From NCBI GenBank assembly GCA_951406725.2, contig OX597825.1, positions 52,700,001 through 52,764,000 of the forward strand: 64,000 nt of DNA, given 5' to 3'. How positions within the stretch are numbered: the first letter of the stretch is position 1; each line of letters opens with the position of its first letter. Positions 44,401 through 56,931 of the stretch are shown piece after piece. The position numbers and the translations under genes were made by a program. Source of the DNA: Octopus vulgaris. Lineage: Eukaryota. A model generated the notes under the pieces. It ran no database searches. It saw nothing but the letters and a program-made list of their open reading frames with translations, and was not told the DNA's origin.

Positions 44401-45867
44401 CCCAAGTCGGAACAGATATTTTCACGAGGCATTTCCGACCTTGCCAAGTTTATATCTGACCTAAAATTTTCAAATCGTCGCACTCGCGCCAAATTTATCG
44501 GCAGCAAATAAATATAAGCCGTCGATTCCATTACGGAATTAACCAGAAAATTCATAATTAATCAATATAGGGTGGCAAAAAAAATTTTGTAGAATTCTTT
44601 TGCCACCAGCGGCCTAGTGGGAAAAAATTAAATAGTCATAGACCATTTTTAAGTTCAACATCAACAATCAAGGAACGGCCATAATAGGCCATTCACCCAC
44701 TAGAAATAACAGCCAAAGCTTCAACCGCAAATAAAAATTAATTCCGTAAACCAGGAGAAAATTTAAAAAACATTTACCCTGTAATTTCTTATACGATATA
44801 CCGTTTCATCTGCTGATTAATGGTAAACTAACCTGATTAAATTAAATCAAGCCAATCTTCCAAAGGCCCTCAGATTCTTCAGTAAGAAATAGCCCAAGTC
44901 GGAACAGATATTTTCACGAGGCATTTCCGACCTTGCCAAGTTTATATCTGACCTAAAATTTTCAAATCGTCGCACTCGCGCCAAATTTATCGGCAGCAAA
45001 TAAATATAAGCCGTCGATTCCATTACGGAATTAACCAGAAAATTCATAATTAATCAATATAGGGTGGCAAAAAAAATTTTGTAGAATTCTTTTGCCACCA
45101 GCGGCCTAGTGGGAAAAAATTAAATAGTCATAGACCATTTTTAAGTTCAACATCAACAATCAAGGAACGGCCATAATAGGCCATTCACCCACTAGAAATA
45201 ACAGCCAAAGCTTCAACCGCAAATAAAAATTAATTCCGTAAACCAGGAGAAAATTTAAAAAACATTTACCCTGTAATTTCTTATACGATATACCGTTTCA
45301 TCTGCTGATTAATGGTAAACTAACCTGATTAAATTAAATCAAGCCAATCTTCCAAAGGCCCTCAGATTCTTCAGTAAGAAATAGCCCAAGTCGGAACAGA
45401 TATTTTCACGAGGCATTTCCGACCTTGCCAAGTTTATATCTGACCTAAAATTTTCAAATCGTCGCACTCGCGCCAAATTTATCGGCAGCAAATAAATATA
45501 AGCCGTCGATTCCATTACGGAATTAACCAGAAAATTCATAATTAAATAATATAGCTGTTATTTCTAGTGGGTGAATGGCCTATTATGGCCGTTCCTTGAT
45601 TGTTGATGTTGAACTTAAAAATGGTCTATGACTATTTAATTTTTTCCCACTAGGCCGCTGGTGGCAAAAGAATTCTACAAAATTTTTTTGCCACCCTATA
45701 TTGATTAATTATGAATTTTCTGGTTAATTCCGTAATGGAATCGACGGCTTATATTTATTTGCTGCCGATAAATTTGGCGCGAGTGCGACGATTTGAAAAT
45801 TTTAGGTCAGATATAACCTTGGCAAGGTCGGAAATGCCTCGTGAAAATATCTGTTCCGACTTGGGCT

Positions 45868-45974
45868 ATTTCTTACTGAAGAATCTGAGGGCCTTTGGAA
45901 GATTGGCTTGATTTAATTTAATCAGGTTAGTTTACCATTAATCAGCAGATGAAACGGTATATCGTATAAGAAAT
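45868..45974 (+). ncRNA. Type I hammerhead ribozyme in the inverted block (again at 46360-46466)
   Basis: CTGAAGA at 45876-45882, GAAA at 45951-45954, GTA at 45964-45966; same stems as the direct units. Confidence 0.88.
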
Positions 45975-46587
45975 TACAGGGTAAATGTTTTTTAAATTTT
46001 CTCCTGGTTTACGGAATTAATTTTTATTTGCGGTTGAAGCTTTGGCTGTTATTTCTAGTGGGTGAATGGCCTATTATGGCCGTTCCTTGATTGTTGATGT
46101 TGAACTTAAAAATGGTCTATGACTATTTAATTTTTTCCCACTAGGCCGCTGGTGGCAAAAGAATTCTACAAAATTTTTTTTGCCACCCTATATTGATTAA
46201 TTATGAATTTTCTGGTTAATTCCGTAATGGAATCGACGGCTTATATTTATTTGCTGCCGATAAATTTGGCGCGAGTGCGACGATTTGAAAATTTTAGGTC
46301 AGATATAACCTTGGCAAGGTCGGAAATGCCTCGTGAAAATATCTGTTCCGACTTGGGCTATTTCTTACTGAAGAATCTGAGGGCCTTTGGAAGATTGGCT
46401 TGATTTAATTTAATCAGGTTAGTTTACCATTAATCAGCAGATGAAACGGTATATCGTATAAGAAATTACAGGGTAAATGTTTTTTAAATTTTCTCCTGGT
46501 TTACGGAATTAATTTTTATTTGCGGTTGAAGCTTTGGCTGTTATTTCTAGTGGGTGAATGGCCTATTATGGCCGTTCCTTGATTGTT

Positions 46588-46622
<35 letters not shown>

Positions 46623-46656
46623 ATATATACATATACACATACACATATACATATAT

Positions 46657-47375
46657 AGGGGTTGGACAAAATAACAGAAACAGCTAAAAATTTCAAACAA
46701 ATTTATTTTAATATGGGGTAGGACCACCTTTGGCAGTAACTACAGCTTGAATTTTTGTCCATTCTTCAGCTAAAACAGTCTCCATTTCTTGTAGTGATGA
46801 TGATGGAGGATATAGACACTTTACCTGTTTTCCTAAAATGCCCCTTAAATGTTCAGTAATATTGAGATCTGGGGTCTGTGGTGGTCAGAGAAGATGTTTA
46901 GCTTCACTAGAATGTTCCTCATGTCATTCAGTAACAAATTTTTCTGTGTGAATTGGTGAATTATCATCCTGAAAGATTACGTTTTCCTCCGGAAACTATT
47001 CTGCAATTGAAGGATTAATTTGATCAGATAAAATGCTTAAATAGTCTTGACAATTAATTCTGCCATGAAGGGAAACCAATGGATCGGTGGATTTCTGAGA
47101 CATAGCTACCACCCCCAAGATCATCACAGATCCCCTTCCATGTTTAACAGTTGGAAGGAGGTAGTCTGGGTCAAATGCTTCTTTTGGCTGACTCCACACA
47201 TTTACTCGGCCAGTGGTCAGAAACGAGGTAAAAGATGACATGTCTGAGAAAATAACATTCTTCCACTGCTCTCAGGACCAATTCTGTAGGTTTTTCTCCA
47301 CTCAAAATGCTTTGCAACGTTTGTTTCTGAAAGTAGTGGTTTTCTGATTGCAACTCTCCCATGAAATCTGGCTTT
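46657..47375 (-). mobile_element. Tc1/mariner fossil, 3' half with TIR
   Basis: PTVKHGRGSVMILG, FQDDNSPIH and PPQTPDLNITEHL (WPxxSPDLNxIE-like). TIR taggggttggacaaaataacagaaacagct follows a TA tract. Confidence 0.85.
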
Positions 47376-48103
47376 GTGTGTGTATATGTCGTATATAGTG
47401 GATGTGTGTTTGTGTCGATTGACACACTATGACATTCATTATATGTGTGATTATTCTATGTGTATGTTGATGTCACTGAAGCCATGTTTTATTTTGTCAA
47501 GAAATAAAAATGATTGTATTTAATCGCTTAAATAGAGGTCCTTATATCACAAAAATTTGTACTGCACTACTGATGGTAAGTATGAAAATAAATATGCCAA
47601 AAAAATTAAGATAAAATTTACTATTTCTGAGATATTTCAGGTACACACAAATGCCTCTAGAGTTTAAGCCTTACTGACATATATATATATATATATATAT
47701 ATATACATTCAAAAATTGAACAGATGGATGCAAAAAGGAACAAATGGAAAATTTACATGCTAAACAACCGACATGTGTGTTTGTGTGTGTATTTATTTGT
47801 TTCATACTACTACCTGACAACTAGTGTTGCTTTCTTTATGTCCCTGTAACTTAGTAGTTCAGGAAAAGTAACAGAATAAAAATCAGGCTTGAAAACAAAA
47901 TCTTCAATTTTGGGGTTAATTTGGTTGATTAAACCCTTCAAAGGGGTTCCACAGCATGGCTCCAATCAAAAACCTGAAACAAGCAAAAGATAAAAGATAT
48001 GTGTGTGTGTTTATGCATGCACACGTGTGTGATATATACACACATATTTTCTTTTTGTTTTTTTGACCATTTGCATTGAGCAAGTTGAATGCATTTATTT
48101 ATT

Positions 48104-48484
48104 ACAGTTCTATATTTAAGAGATGAGGAATTATGTACATTATTTACATTATTTACATTTGACAGATATTTGTTCTCATCTTGTTTGTTGTTAACACAAC
48201 GTTTCAGCTGATATACTCTTTAGCCTTCATCAGGTGTCTTGGGGAATTTTCGAATCTGGGATCTCATTCCTATGGAATTTTCTGAGTTCAATCCCAGGTA
48301 GTGACCTGAATAATAATAATAATAATAATAATAACATCGAAAAATACCTTAAGAATGATAACCCATGTTTGAAATTTCCCCAAGATACCTGATGAAGGCT
48401 GGAGGGTGTATCAGCCGAAACATTGTGTTAACAACAAACAAGGTGAGAACAAATATCTGTCAAATGTAAATAATGTAAATAATT
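48104..48484. mobile_element. Fold-back element with a (TAA)n spacer and a minimal hammerhead in each arm
   Basis: Arms approx. 48130-48285 and 48340-48484. Minus 48193-48238: gacac CTGATGA aggc...agct GAAA cg TT gtgtt. Plus 48384-48429: gatac CTGATGA a ggctg..cagcc GAAA catt gtgtt. Confidence 0.75.
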
Positions 48485-49562
48485 TATTTATTGGTCAAGT
48501 CAGTTTGGGTGTGGAGGTATGCAGCATCGTAGTGCATGTCTGCATTCATTATTTGATGGTCTTTACATGGATTGTCCCAGGCAACCACCAAGCAATATGT
48601 ACTGTATATATAGGTGCAGCTGCCTGTGCAAGAATTGTGTAGTGTATTTGCATGTTCAGGGGTGGCTGTGTGTAGTGTACAGGAGTGTGGCCACATGTGT
48701 AGATGTGGTACCATAGGTAAATGTGTTCAATGGCCTCAGCTTCATCAGAACATCGTGAGGAAAATTAGTTAGATGGGAGGGTGCATCTCATTTCTTTTGT
48801 TTTAAAGCTGATTCATTGCAAATTTAACACAAGTTCCAGAAACTCTCTTAGTAGGGTCTATTTATTTGAAGGTACTGGGACCTTCTGTAAGGAGTGGAAA
48901 AAGTTAAAAAAAAAGGGTGTGTGTTTCAATGATGGGAAGTATATATGTATGTGGGAGTGATATGAATATCTGTGGGTGCATCAGGAGAGGTATGTGTGTA
49001 TGTGAGTGAGAGAGAGAGATGTTTATTTGTATGTGAGTGCAAGTGTGTGTGTTGCTGGAGTGGGTGTCAGTGAAAAGAATGTATGCAAATGTATCAATGA
49101 GAAAGACATGTACATTTATGTCTGGGGGAAGTACTGTGTCAGTGAATAGGTTGTGTCAGTTGAAGGGAAGTATATGTCATTTGGAAGGAGGTGTAGGTGT
49201 CAATGGGAAGTAAGTGTGAGTGTGAATCTGTGAATTTGATGTTCATTAGTTTGATGTGTACAAGTGTCAGTAAGGAATATGTGTGTTTGTATGTGTATGA
49301 ATACAAACGTGTGTGTGTGTGTGTGTTTACTAGTGAGTGAGTGTGATTGGGAAAGATGTTTGGGTAATGTGCAAGTGACATGTGTATTGCTTGAGTGAAT
49401 AGGGGAATGTTGTGTGCAATGTTTGTCTGTGATATGCATTTAATTCTTGCACATCCTGTTTATGAAATACAAGTCACAAAAAGCAAGTAGGAAATGTGTC
49501 TTAATTTTAAATGTGTAATATGAGTGTGTGCAATACTTTTCAGTGATTTGAGCTTAATGTAT

Positions 49563-49614
<52 letters not shown>

Positions 49615-49817
49615 CACGCAGTTACATACACACACACAAACACATGTACATATACATAAGCAATGTGTGAGTGTAATATGTCAGTAAATATTATATAGTG
49701 TGGATTAAGTATATGATTTGAGTCAGCGCAGTTGAGTGTGTCGAATGGGTTGTGGTTCCAAGTGGAATTGATTTTCTATGAACATGGAATATTGTGTGTG
49801 TGTGTGTGAGTGTATGC

Positions 49818-49849
<32 letters not shown>

Positions 49850-52129
49850 GTGTGTGTGTGCGTATGTGTGTGTGTGTGTGCCTCATAAAACATTGATTCT
49901 TCCTGTAGTACTAGTTGACAGGACAGTTATAGGTGTGTTCTCTCAAAAAGGCATAAAAAAATTAATTTTATTTTTTTTAAGTATTGGCAAAAAATGCTTC
50001 CTTTATAATCTATTCTCTCTTTTTCTCCCAATCTCTCTCTCTCTCTCTCTCTCTCTACTAGACTATCGTGTCAAATTTCTAATGTTTTGAATTCTTTGTT
50101 GCATGTGAAATGTTCCGTTAGTCTCAAACCAATAGGCATGTTACTCAATAGTCTGTGAAATATTGCCATTCTTATGTCCCTCCCCACTACCCACCCTCCC
50201 CTACCTAACTTATACAAATGACATTCACCATTCTTTCAACAATGTCCTTGTTTGTTATTTGAAGAAATCCGCTACAATTAATTACCGTGATGATGCTTAG
50301 TTTCTCCTTTCCTTTCTTTTTTTTCCTTCTTTCATTATATTTTTTAAATTCTTTTTTCTCTCTCCTACCCCACCAATGACAACAAAATCTCAGACTCAAC
50401 CATGGTTGACTAAAGTTTGCTTCTGTCTTATTAAATTCTTGATTCTTTTTTCACAAATCTTGATACATTGATTTTTAGAATTTTGGCAGAAAAAACTAGA
50501 AATAACAATAATAATAATAATAACATCTTTGTTTCATTCACTATTTTTTCCAAAAAGAGGAGAAAAAATTGGAAATTTTGTTAGAATTCAGAAAACTTTT
50601 TTGTTTTTGTTTATTTCATTAAATTCATTCACCAGTTTTTCTTTTTATGTTCTTTTTCTAGTGTGAACATAATTCTCTATAGTTTCTTCGATATTTCTTA
50701 TAGTTGGAAATAAAAATTCTATGGAACAAAGACAATAAAAACAATAAATGATACAAAACGATAGAAACAAAAAAACAAAAAAACTCTCTGTCATAGTATT
50801 TCTCTCAGATTTATTGTTCCATCTGTGGAATAATATCAACTGAATGGAAACCAATTATTTTTAGCTATTTTAGTATGACATGGCTATTTTCTGCCATATA
50901 ACAGTTGACAATACCAGAATACTGGCACATTGGTAAAATCGTTAGAGTGTCAGATAATATTTTATGGTATATGTTCCAGTTCTTTATATTCTGATTTCAA
51001 ATCTTGCTGGGGGTCAAATACACTTTTTCACCATTCAGGGATCAATAAGATAAAACAAGTCAGGTACTGGCATCAGTGGTAATACCCCCCCCCCGCCCCC
51101 ATGAAACCTAAGAGCTTTGTGCCTCTGTGAGAAGCAAAAATAGTGAAATGGCAAAATTCTAAGAACATCAGAGAAACTGCCTCGTGGTATTTGTTCAGCA
51201 TTTTATATTCTGAACTTAGTTTCTGCTGATGTCAGCTTTGCTTTTTGTCTTTCTGGGTATCAGTCATGTACCAGGTTGCTGGTATTGATTTAGCCTCCTC
51301 TTTCAAAATTCATGGCTTTCTACCTAAATCATAAATCCTTATCACACATACACACATAATGAGGTTCTTTCCCTTTTCAGACACCACCTCCTTTGCATGT
51401 GTGTCTGCATATCATTTCCAATCCTCTGTTCCTTTTCTCTCATCACCTTCTTGTACCTTGAGGGTACACCCTAACACCTCATCACTAACATCCTTATTTC
51501 TCTTTCTAGTTACTCTCATCGACCCTTATATAATATGGGGTAGCCATATATTTGCTCAGTAGTAAAACACCTGTCTTGTCACTCCACCATCAGCCCAAAA
51601 AGTTTGTTCTTAATATTTCTCTCAGTATATATTATAATCATTTCAAAGAAATTATCTGCAACAATTGTAAAATTGTCTTGAGTATAGTGTAAAGAAAAGT
51701 GAAGTGTTTAGTCTTGCATACAACAAGGCAACCTCTCAAGTGCTGGTGCTGCAATGAACACATCCAATTCATCCCCTCAACTCCTGGCATAAAACCACTT
51801 CTACCTCAACTATTCCCCCACCACAGTTTAAGAATCTTTTTTGTCTTTGATGTTACTTGAATGATACTTGGTAATCTCATTAGTGCCAGTGCCATGGGAA
51901 CAGGCACCCAGTAAAATGGTTGGTATTGGAAAGAGCAAACAGTTATAGATACCATGCCAAAACAGACATTGGAGCACAGTACAATCCTCAGCCTACTGGA
52001 TCCTGCTGAATTCCTCCACCTGTACCACTATGGAATACATATGTTAAATGATGATGATGATGACATATAAAGTGAAAGGTTTTAACAATTATTCAGAAAA
52101 GAAGAAGGGGAATATTATTCTCTTTTGCT

Positions 52130-52500
52130 TCTTTTTCTTGTTTCAGTCATTAGACTGCAGCCATGCTAGAGTACTGCCTTGAATAATTTTAGTCGAACAA
52201 ATTGACCCCAGGGCTTATTACTTTTTTGTGAAGCCTGGTACTTATTCTATTGATATTTCTTGTCAAACCACAAAGCTATAGGGACATAAACACACCAACA
52301 CTATTTGTCAAGCAGTGGTGGGAGATAAGCACACATTCACACAATGGGCTTTTTTCAGTTTCTGTCACCCAAATCCATTCACAAGCCTTTGGTCAACCTG
52401 AGGTTATAGTAGAAGACATTTACTCAAGGTGCTATGCAATGAAACTGAACCCAGAACGATGTTGTTGGGAAGCAAACCTTTTACCACACAGCCTCAACTG
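52130..52500 (-). mobile_element. Degenerate tRNA-derived SINE
   Basis: Reverse-strand match to the 15197-15795 SINE (gtttcagtc...gcagccatgct...ttaccacacagcc). Another copy lies at approx. 58730-59055. Confidence 0.6.
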
Positions 52501-55500
52501 CACCTGTTCTCTCAGTCCATTTTGATTTGTTTTCTAAGTGTTACAACAGAGGCCAAAAAGCTACATATTTTGTCAGGCAGTTTAAAAATTAAGAATTAAA
52601 CCCGTAAAAATGGTCCTCTAGCATGGTTTAAAGAAAGGAACTAAGAAAACTATAAAATGTATTAATATTGATCAATAGTTTGTCAGAGCAAAAAAGTGAT
52701 GAAAATTTTATTGAAATTGTGACCAATCCAGGCAGAAGAATATTCCATTACCAAATAACTAAGGAACACTGGAGGAAATATTTCCTCTGTTAAAATCGCT
52801 AAATTGATCAGTTTAACAATGGAAAAAAGTATTTGTAGTGCTGAAAACACAACATCACGTGGAAACCCAGTGTCTAAAATAATTTTATGTCAGCTATCCA
52901 CCACACATGTCATGAAAAACAGGCACCTAAAATGTTTGGACTGTGGCAGAATATGTTCCTACCAATTGAGGATATTTACTCTAGTTTAGAGTAACTTCTG
53001 AATATAAGATGACACACTTGAATTAGTGTTGTTATTCTACTCAGCTGTAAAGATTGACTTGGGAGAAATATTTTATATATAAAAAAAAAGGTAACTTTAA
53101 CTTGTACCTCACTACAAAAGTTTTGTAAGCAGAGGTTCCTTCAAAATTGTTCCACCTTTTATTTAGCCAACTTTTCATGATAAACTGTATTGTGAATAGT
53201 GATGTTTTGCCTTTTACCAATGATCCAGTGTATTAAAGAACTGAAAAGAACTAATTACAGTAAGCCTTCTTGGAAATGAAGTCATTAGAGGAGTCAACCT
53301 TTTCACCTAACATGAAAGGTTTTCAAAGGAGCCATCAATACTTTTAGAAATTTTTGTTTTAATTCAACTCATGGCTCCTGTGCTGGTGGCACATAAAAAG
53401 CACTCACTACACTCTTGGAGTGGTTGGAGTTAGGAAGGACATCCAGCTGTAGAAACACTGCCAAATCAGATTGGAGCCTGGTGTAGCCTCCTGGCTTGCC
53501 AGTCCCCAGTTAAACAATCCAACCCATGCCAGCATGGAAAACTGATGATGATGATGATGATGATAACGATGACGATGATGATGATGGGGAGGAGGATTCC
53601 TCCCAATATGTATTACAATCAATTCAATGAAATGGTCTGCAACAATTCTAAAATTGCCTTGAGCTTAGTGTAAAGGGAAATGAAATGTTTAGTCTTGCAT
53701 GGAACACCAGGTTAAGAAAATGTTTTACTTTTGCTAAGGACATGACAAGCTCTGTAGTGCTGCAGCCCATACATTCTGAAAATGGCTGGTATTAGGGAGG
53801 TCTTTTAGTCATAGAAATCAAGATAAAATGTCACATATGAACAAAATGTGATCCTCTGGCACATCTAAGACTAACATTGTATAAGAACTGATTCATGCCC
53901 AACATTTGTCAACATGGAAAACTGCAGACATTAGACTGTGCCTGTCTAAATGTAATTCCTTCTTTGAGATATTTACATAACACTAATGGATTTCTCAAAG
54001 AAGACCAACCTGTCTTGGAATAGATAAAGAGTAGGTGGACTGTATACTTACAACAGCACCTTTCCCACCTGTCTACTGATGCTGGCTATGCATTTTGGAA
54101 TTGTTTGGCTTCAATCTGAGAAGATGCCTCTTAGTCAAAAACACTTGTAAATGTTGCCATTATGCGCTCAGTTGATTGCTCAAAGTACTCCAGCCTATGA
54201 GCAAGGGATTGGTATTTTAAATACTGGCAAAAAAACAAAAAAACAATCATGAAGCAATAGTGGAATGGTATATTGCTAGAGCACAACTCCACGTTGCTTA
54301 AAAAAATATAAAGATCAATATCAAAATCATGAACTACTGGATTATTTAAGAGCCATTGCTCATAATTTGTCTTTCAAAAGTGTTTCTTCTTTCCTCCAGT
54401 TTTACAAGAAGTTAACTTTTTACTGCATTTTTTAGTGATTCAATATTTAAAACTGATTTATTTTTCATGTCTGTATTGAATAAACGCTATATTGATAATT
54501 TTCATGCTTTCTTTTGTTTGTTTCTTTTTTTTGCTGTGTTTCTTTTTCATTTGTAATGAAATATGACAGATTTACTCTGTGAATAAAAACTTTGATGTTT
54601 AGCAATATATTTAAATCATGACAATGCATTTGGCATGACAGAGGGCATGATTTGATCTCCGAATATAAAGTGAAGTAACCAAACAAAAAAAAAACAAATT
54701 TATTCATTGAACTCTATTGATCCTGCCATGTCATTGCCTTATAGTATCTGGGGCCTAAATAAGTTTTGTAAAACAGTGGATCTGTCTCTGGACAGTTCCT
54801 CACCAAAGCAAAGGACTGAGCAAAGCCTTTACTTTCATGGAAGACCAGCAGGTGCCCACACATGCAAGTCTTCTCTCCCCACATTGTCCCAAGGCAAGAC
54901 AAGAACCAGTACAGTTTGGTACCAATGCTGTCACTGATGTTGCCATCAGAACACAAAGATCTGAAGATATACCACCAAGATATTCTGTCTGATGTGCTAA
55001 CAAAACAATTAATTCACAATGGAGGAGGCAAGTCATATGATCAGTTCACAGACTAACATATATTTATAGGGAAAAGGAGCATAATTGAATTAGAGTGATA
55101 GCATGTCTGAGAATTACTGTGTTGAGCCCAGAGGAAGATAAATCAAAGTTGACTCAGCTGAGAGATGATCTGAAGAAACAGAAGTACAAAACTATATACT
55201 GTAAGTTTTACACCTTCTCTCTCTCTCTCTCTCTCTCTCTACCATTGTAGCCACCTTCAACCTTCAATACCCTGATAAATAATATTTATAAAGATAATGA
55301 CAATCATTATTATTATCGTTAGAACAACAACAACATCAATAATAATCTTCTTCAGTGATCTGCTGTGTATCATCAGCAGTCATTGATTGTCTTTATGGCT
55401 AAAATTACTGAATAAAATAAGCAGCGATGAAATGAAGCGAAGACAACATAAGTCTACTAATAAACACTAGTTTGCTTCATTGGTAGAAAGAGAGAGGTGT

Positions 55501-56151
55501 TGTAGCTTTGATCAATAATAGATTGATACTTAACATCATTGTTAAGTTAATGTCTTGTAATACTTAATTATTTCATATCATCTAACATAAGACTAACACA
55601 AATTTCCATAATTCATATTAACCATTCTCATAGAAAATCCTTCAAGTATAAAAAGAAGCTTTTTATTATTATATGTTGTTTCAGGGTGGTGGAGTGGCAC
55701 TCATAGTGGTGAGGTGACACATAGGGTGATGTGTTGGACTAAACATAACACCACAGTATTTAATTCTTGTTTTTTTGATATTTAGAGTTCAAAACTGATT
55801 TGTCTCGGTTTTTGTCTCCAAAACAAGAACTGAGATAAGTAGACTGGCGAGGATGAGTTTAATTCAATTGACTATACCCATTCCAAATAAACCTATGGCT
55901 CAGTACCGGTTGCACGTAAAAAGCACCATCCGTCCGTGACCGTTTGCCAGCTCCGTCTGGCACCTGTGCGGGCGGCACGTAAAAAGCATCCACTACACTC
56001 ACGGAGTGGTTGGCGTCAGGAAGGGCATCCAGCCATAGAAACACTGCCAGATCAGACTGGGCCTGATGCAGCCTTCTGGCTTCACAGACCCCAGTTGAAC
56101 CGTCCAACCCATGCTAGCATGGAAAGCGGATGCTAAATGATGATGATGATG

Positions 56152-56217
<66 letters not shown>

Positions 56218-56219
56218 GG

Positions 56220-56931
56220 TATCAATAATAATAAAGGGTAAAATTAATTAATTAACTAGTGATTAATAATTCCACCAAGTAGTATTCGGCATGTTAAAAG
56301 GACCATTTTTCGGTAAACTTAAACAATATTTTATAATTATGAGTATAATTATAATTAGGGTCCAGCAAAAATTTGCTTAACCACATACTGAACTTTAGAA
56401 ATAGCAGTCAAAGAACCTTAGCTATTTCTTCTACCATAAAGAGAAATTTCTAGACAACAAATACTCAAAACAAGCCACATAGACAGAGATGAAAAACAAC
56501 AAAATTCACTCGGCAATTGATTACCTGTGGACACGTTTCAGAATTAGATCGGTATGAAAAATGTAAAGATCACACTTCACCCAATCATTTTCCTCTTCAG
56601 CACAAGGATTTCAAGATGTTAAATTTGAGAGCACTGAAAAAATTGAACATACCTATCCAATTCAAGTAGTATCAGACAAACTATATTCAATGACCAGTAC
56701 CAACAAATTCAAAACATACAAATGAGATCTCGTATCTTCCCTCACCCATCCACGTGTATTGTCGAGTAAAAAATACTACAGAAAAAAAACTATAGTTTAT
56801 TATCAGGGAGAGAATTATATTATCAACAATAATAAAGGGTAAAATTAACTAATTAACTAGTAATTAATAATCCTACCAAGTTTATTTAAGTTTACCGAAA
56901 AATGTTCCTTTTAACATGCCGAATACTACTT
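56220..56931 (-). mobile_element. 601-bp unit plus partial repeat plus short inversion; hammerhead-bearing element related to the 562 and 596 families
   Basis: Direct repeat 56220 vs 56821; 56885-56931 is an inverted copy of approx. 56277-56323; follows (TA)n. Confidence 0.8.
56524..56606 (-). ncRNA. Type I hammerhead motif with a very short stem III
   Basis: cttgtg CTGAAGA ggaa...ttct GAAA cgtg TC cacagg; GUC triplet. Confidence 0.7.

Larger units (their letters stand above)
41112..46590. mobile_element. Hammerhead-bearing tandem array: 9 direct 492-bp units plus ~2.1 inverted units (retrozyme/Penelope-pLTR-like)
   Basis: Units start at 41112, 41605, 42097, 42589, 43081, 43573, 44065, 44557 and 45049. 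The inverted block spans 45554-46590. (TA)n lies on both flanks and the units are almost identical. Confidence 0.95.

Noticed and set aside
41403-46403. Repeated 66-aa ORF (MNFLVNSVMES...) in the 492-bp array, and 122/65/60-aa ORFs in the other tandem units
   Set aside because: No recognisable domain. The recurrence only reflects DNA repetition, and the ORFs overlap the ribozyme structure, which explains the sequence better.
54707-55056. Overlapping short non-repetitive ORFs
   Set aside because: No recognisable motif or convincing splice context.
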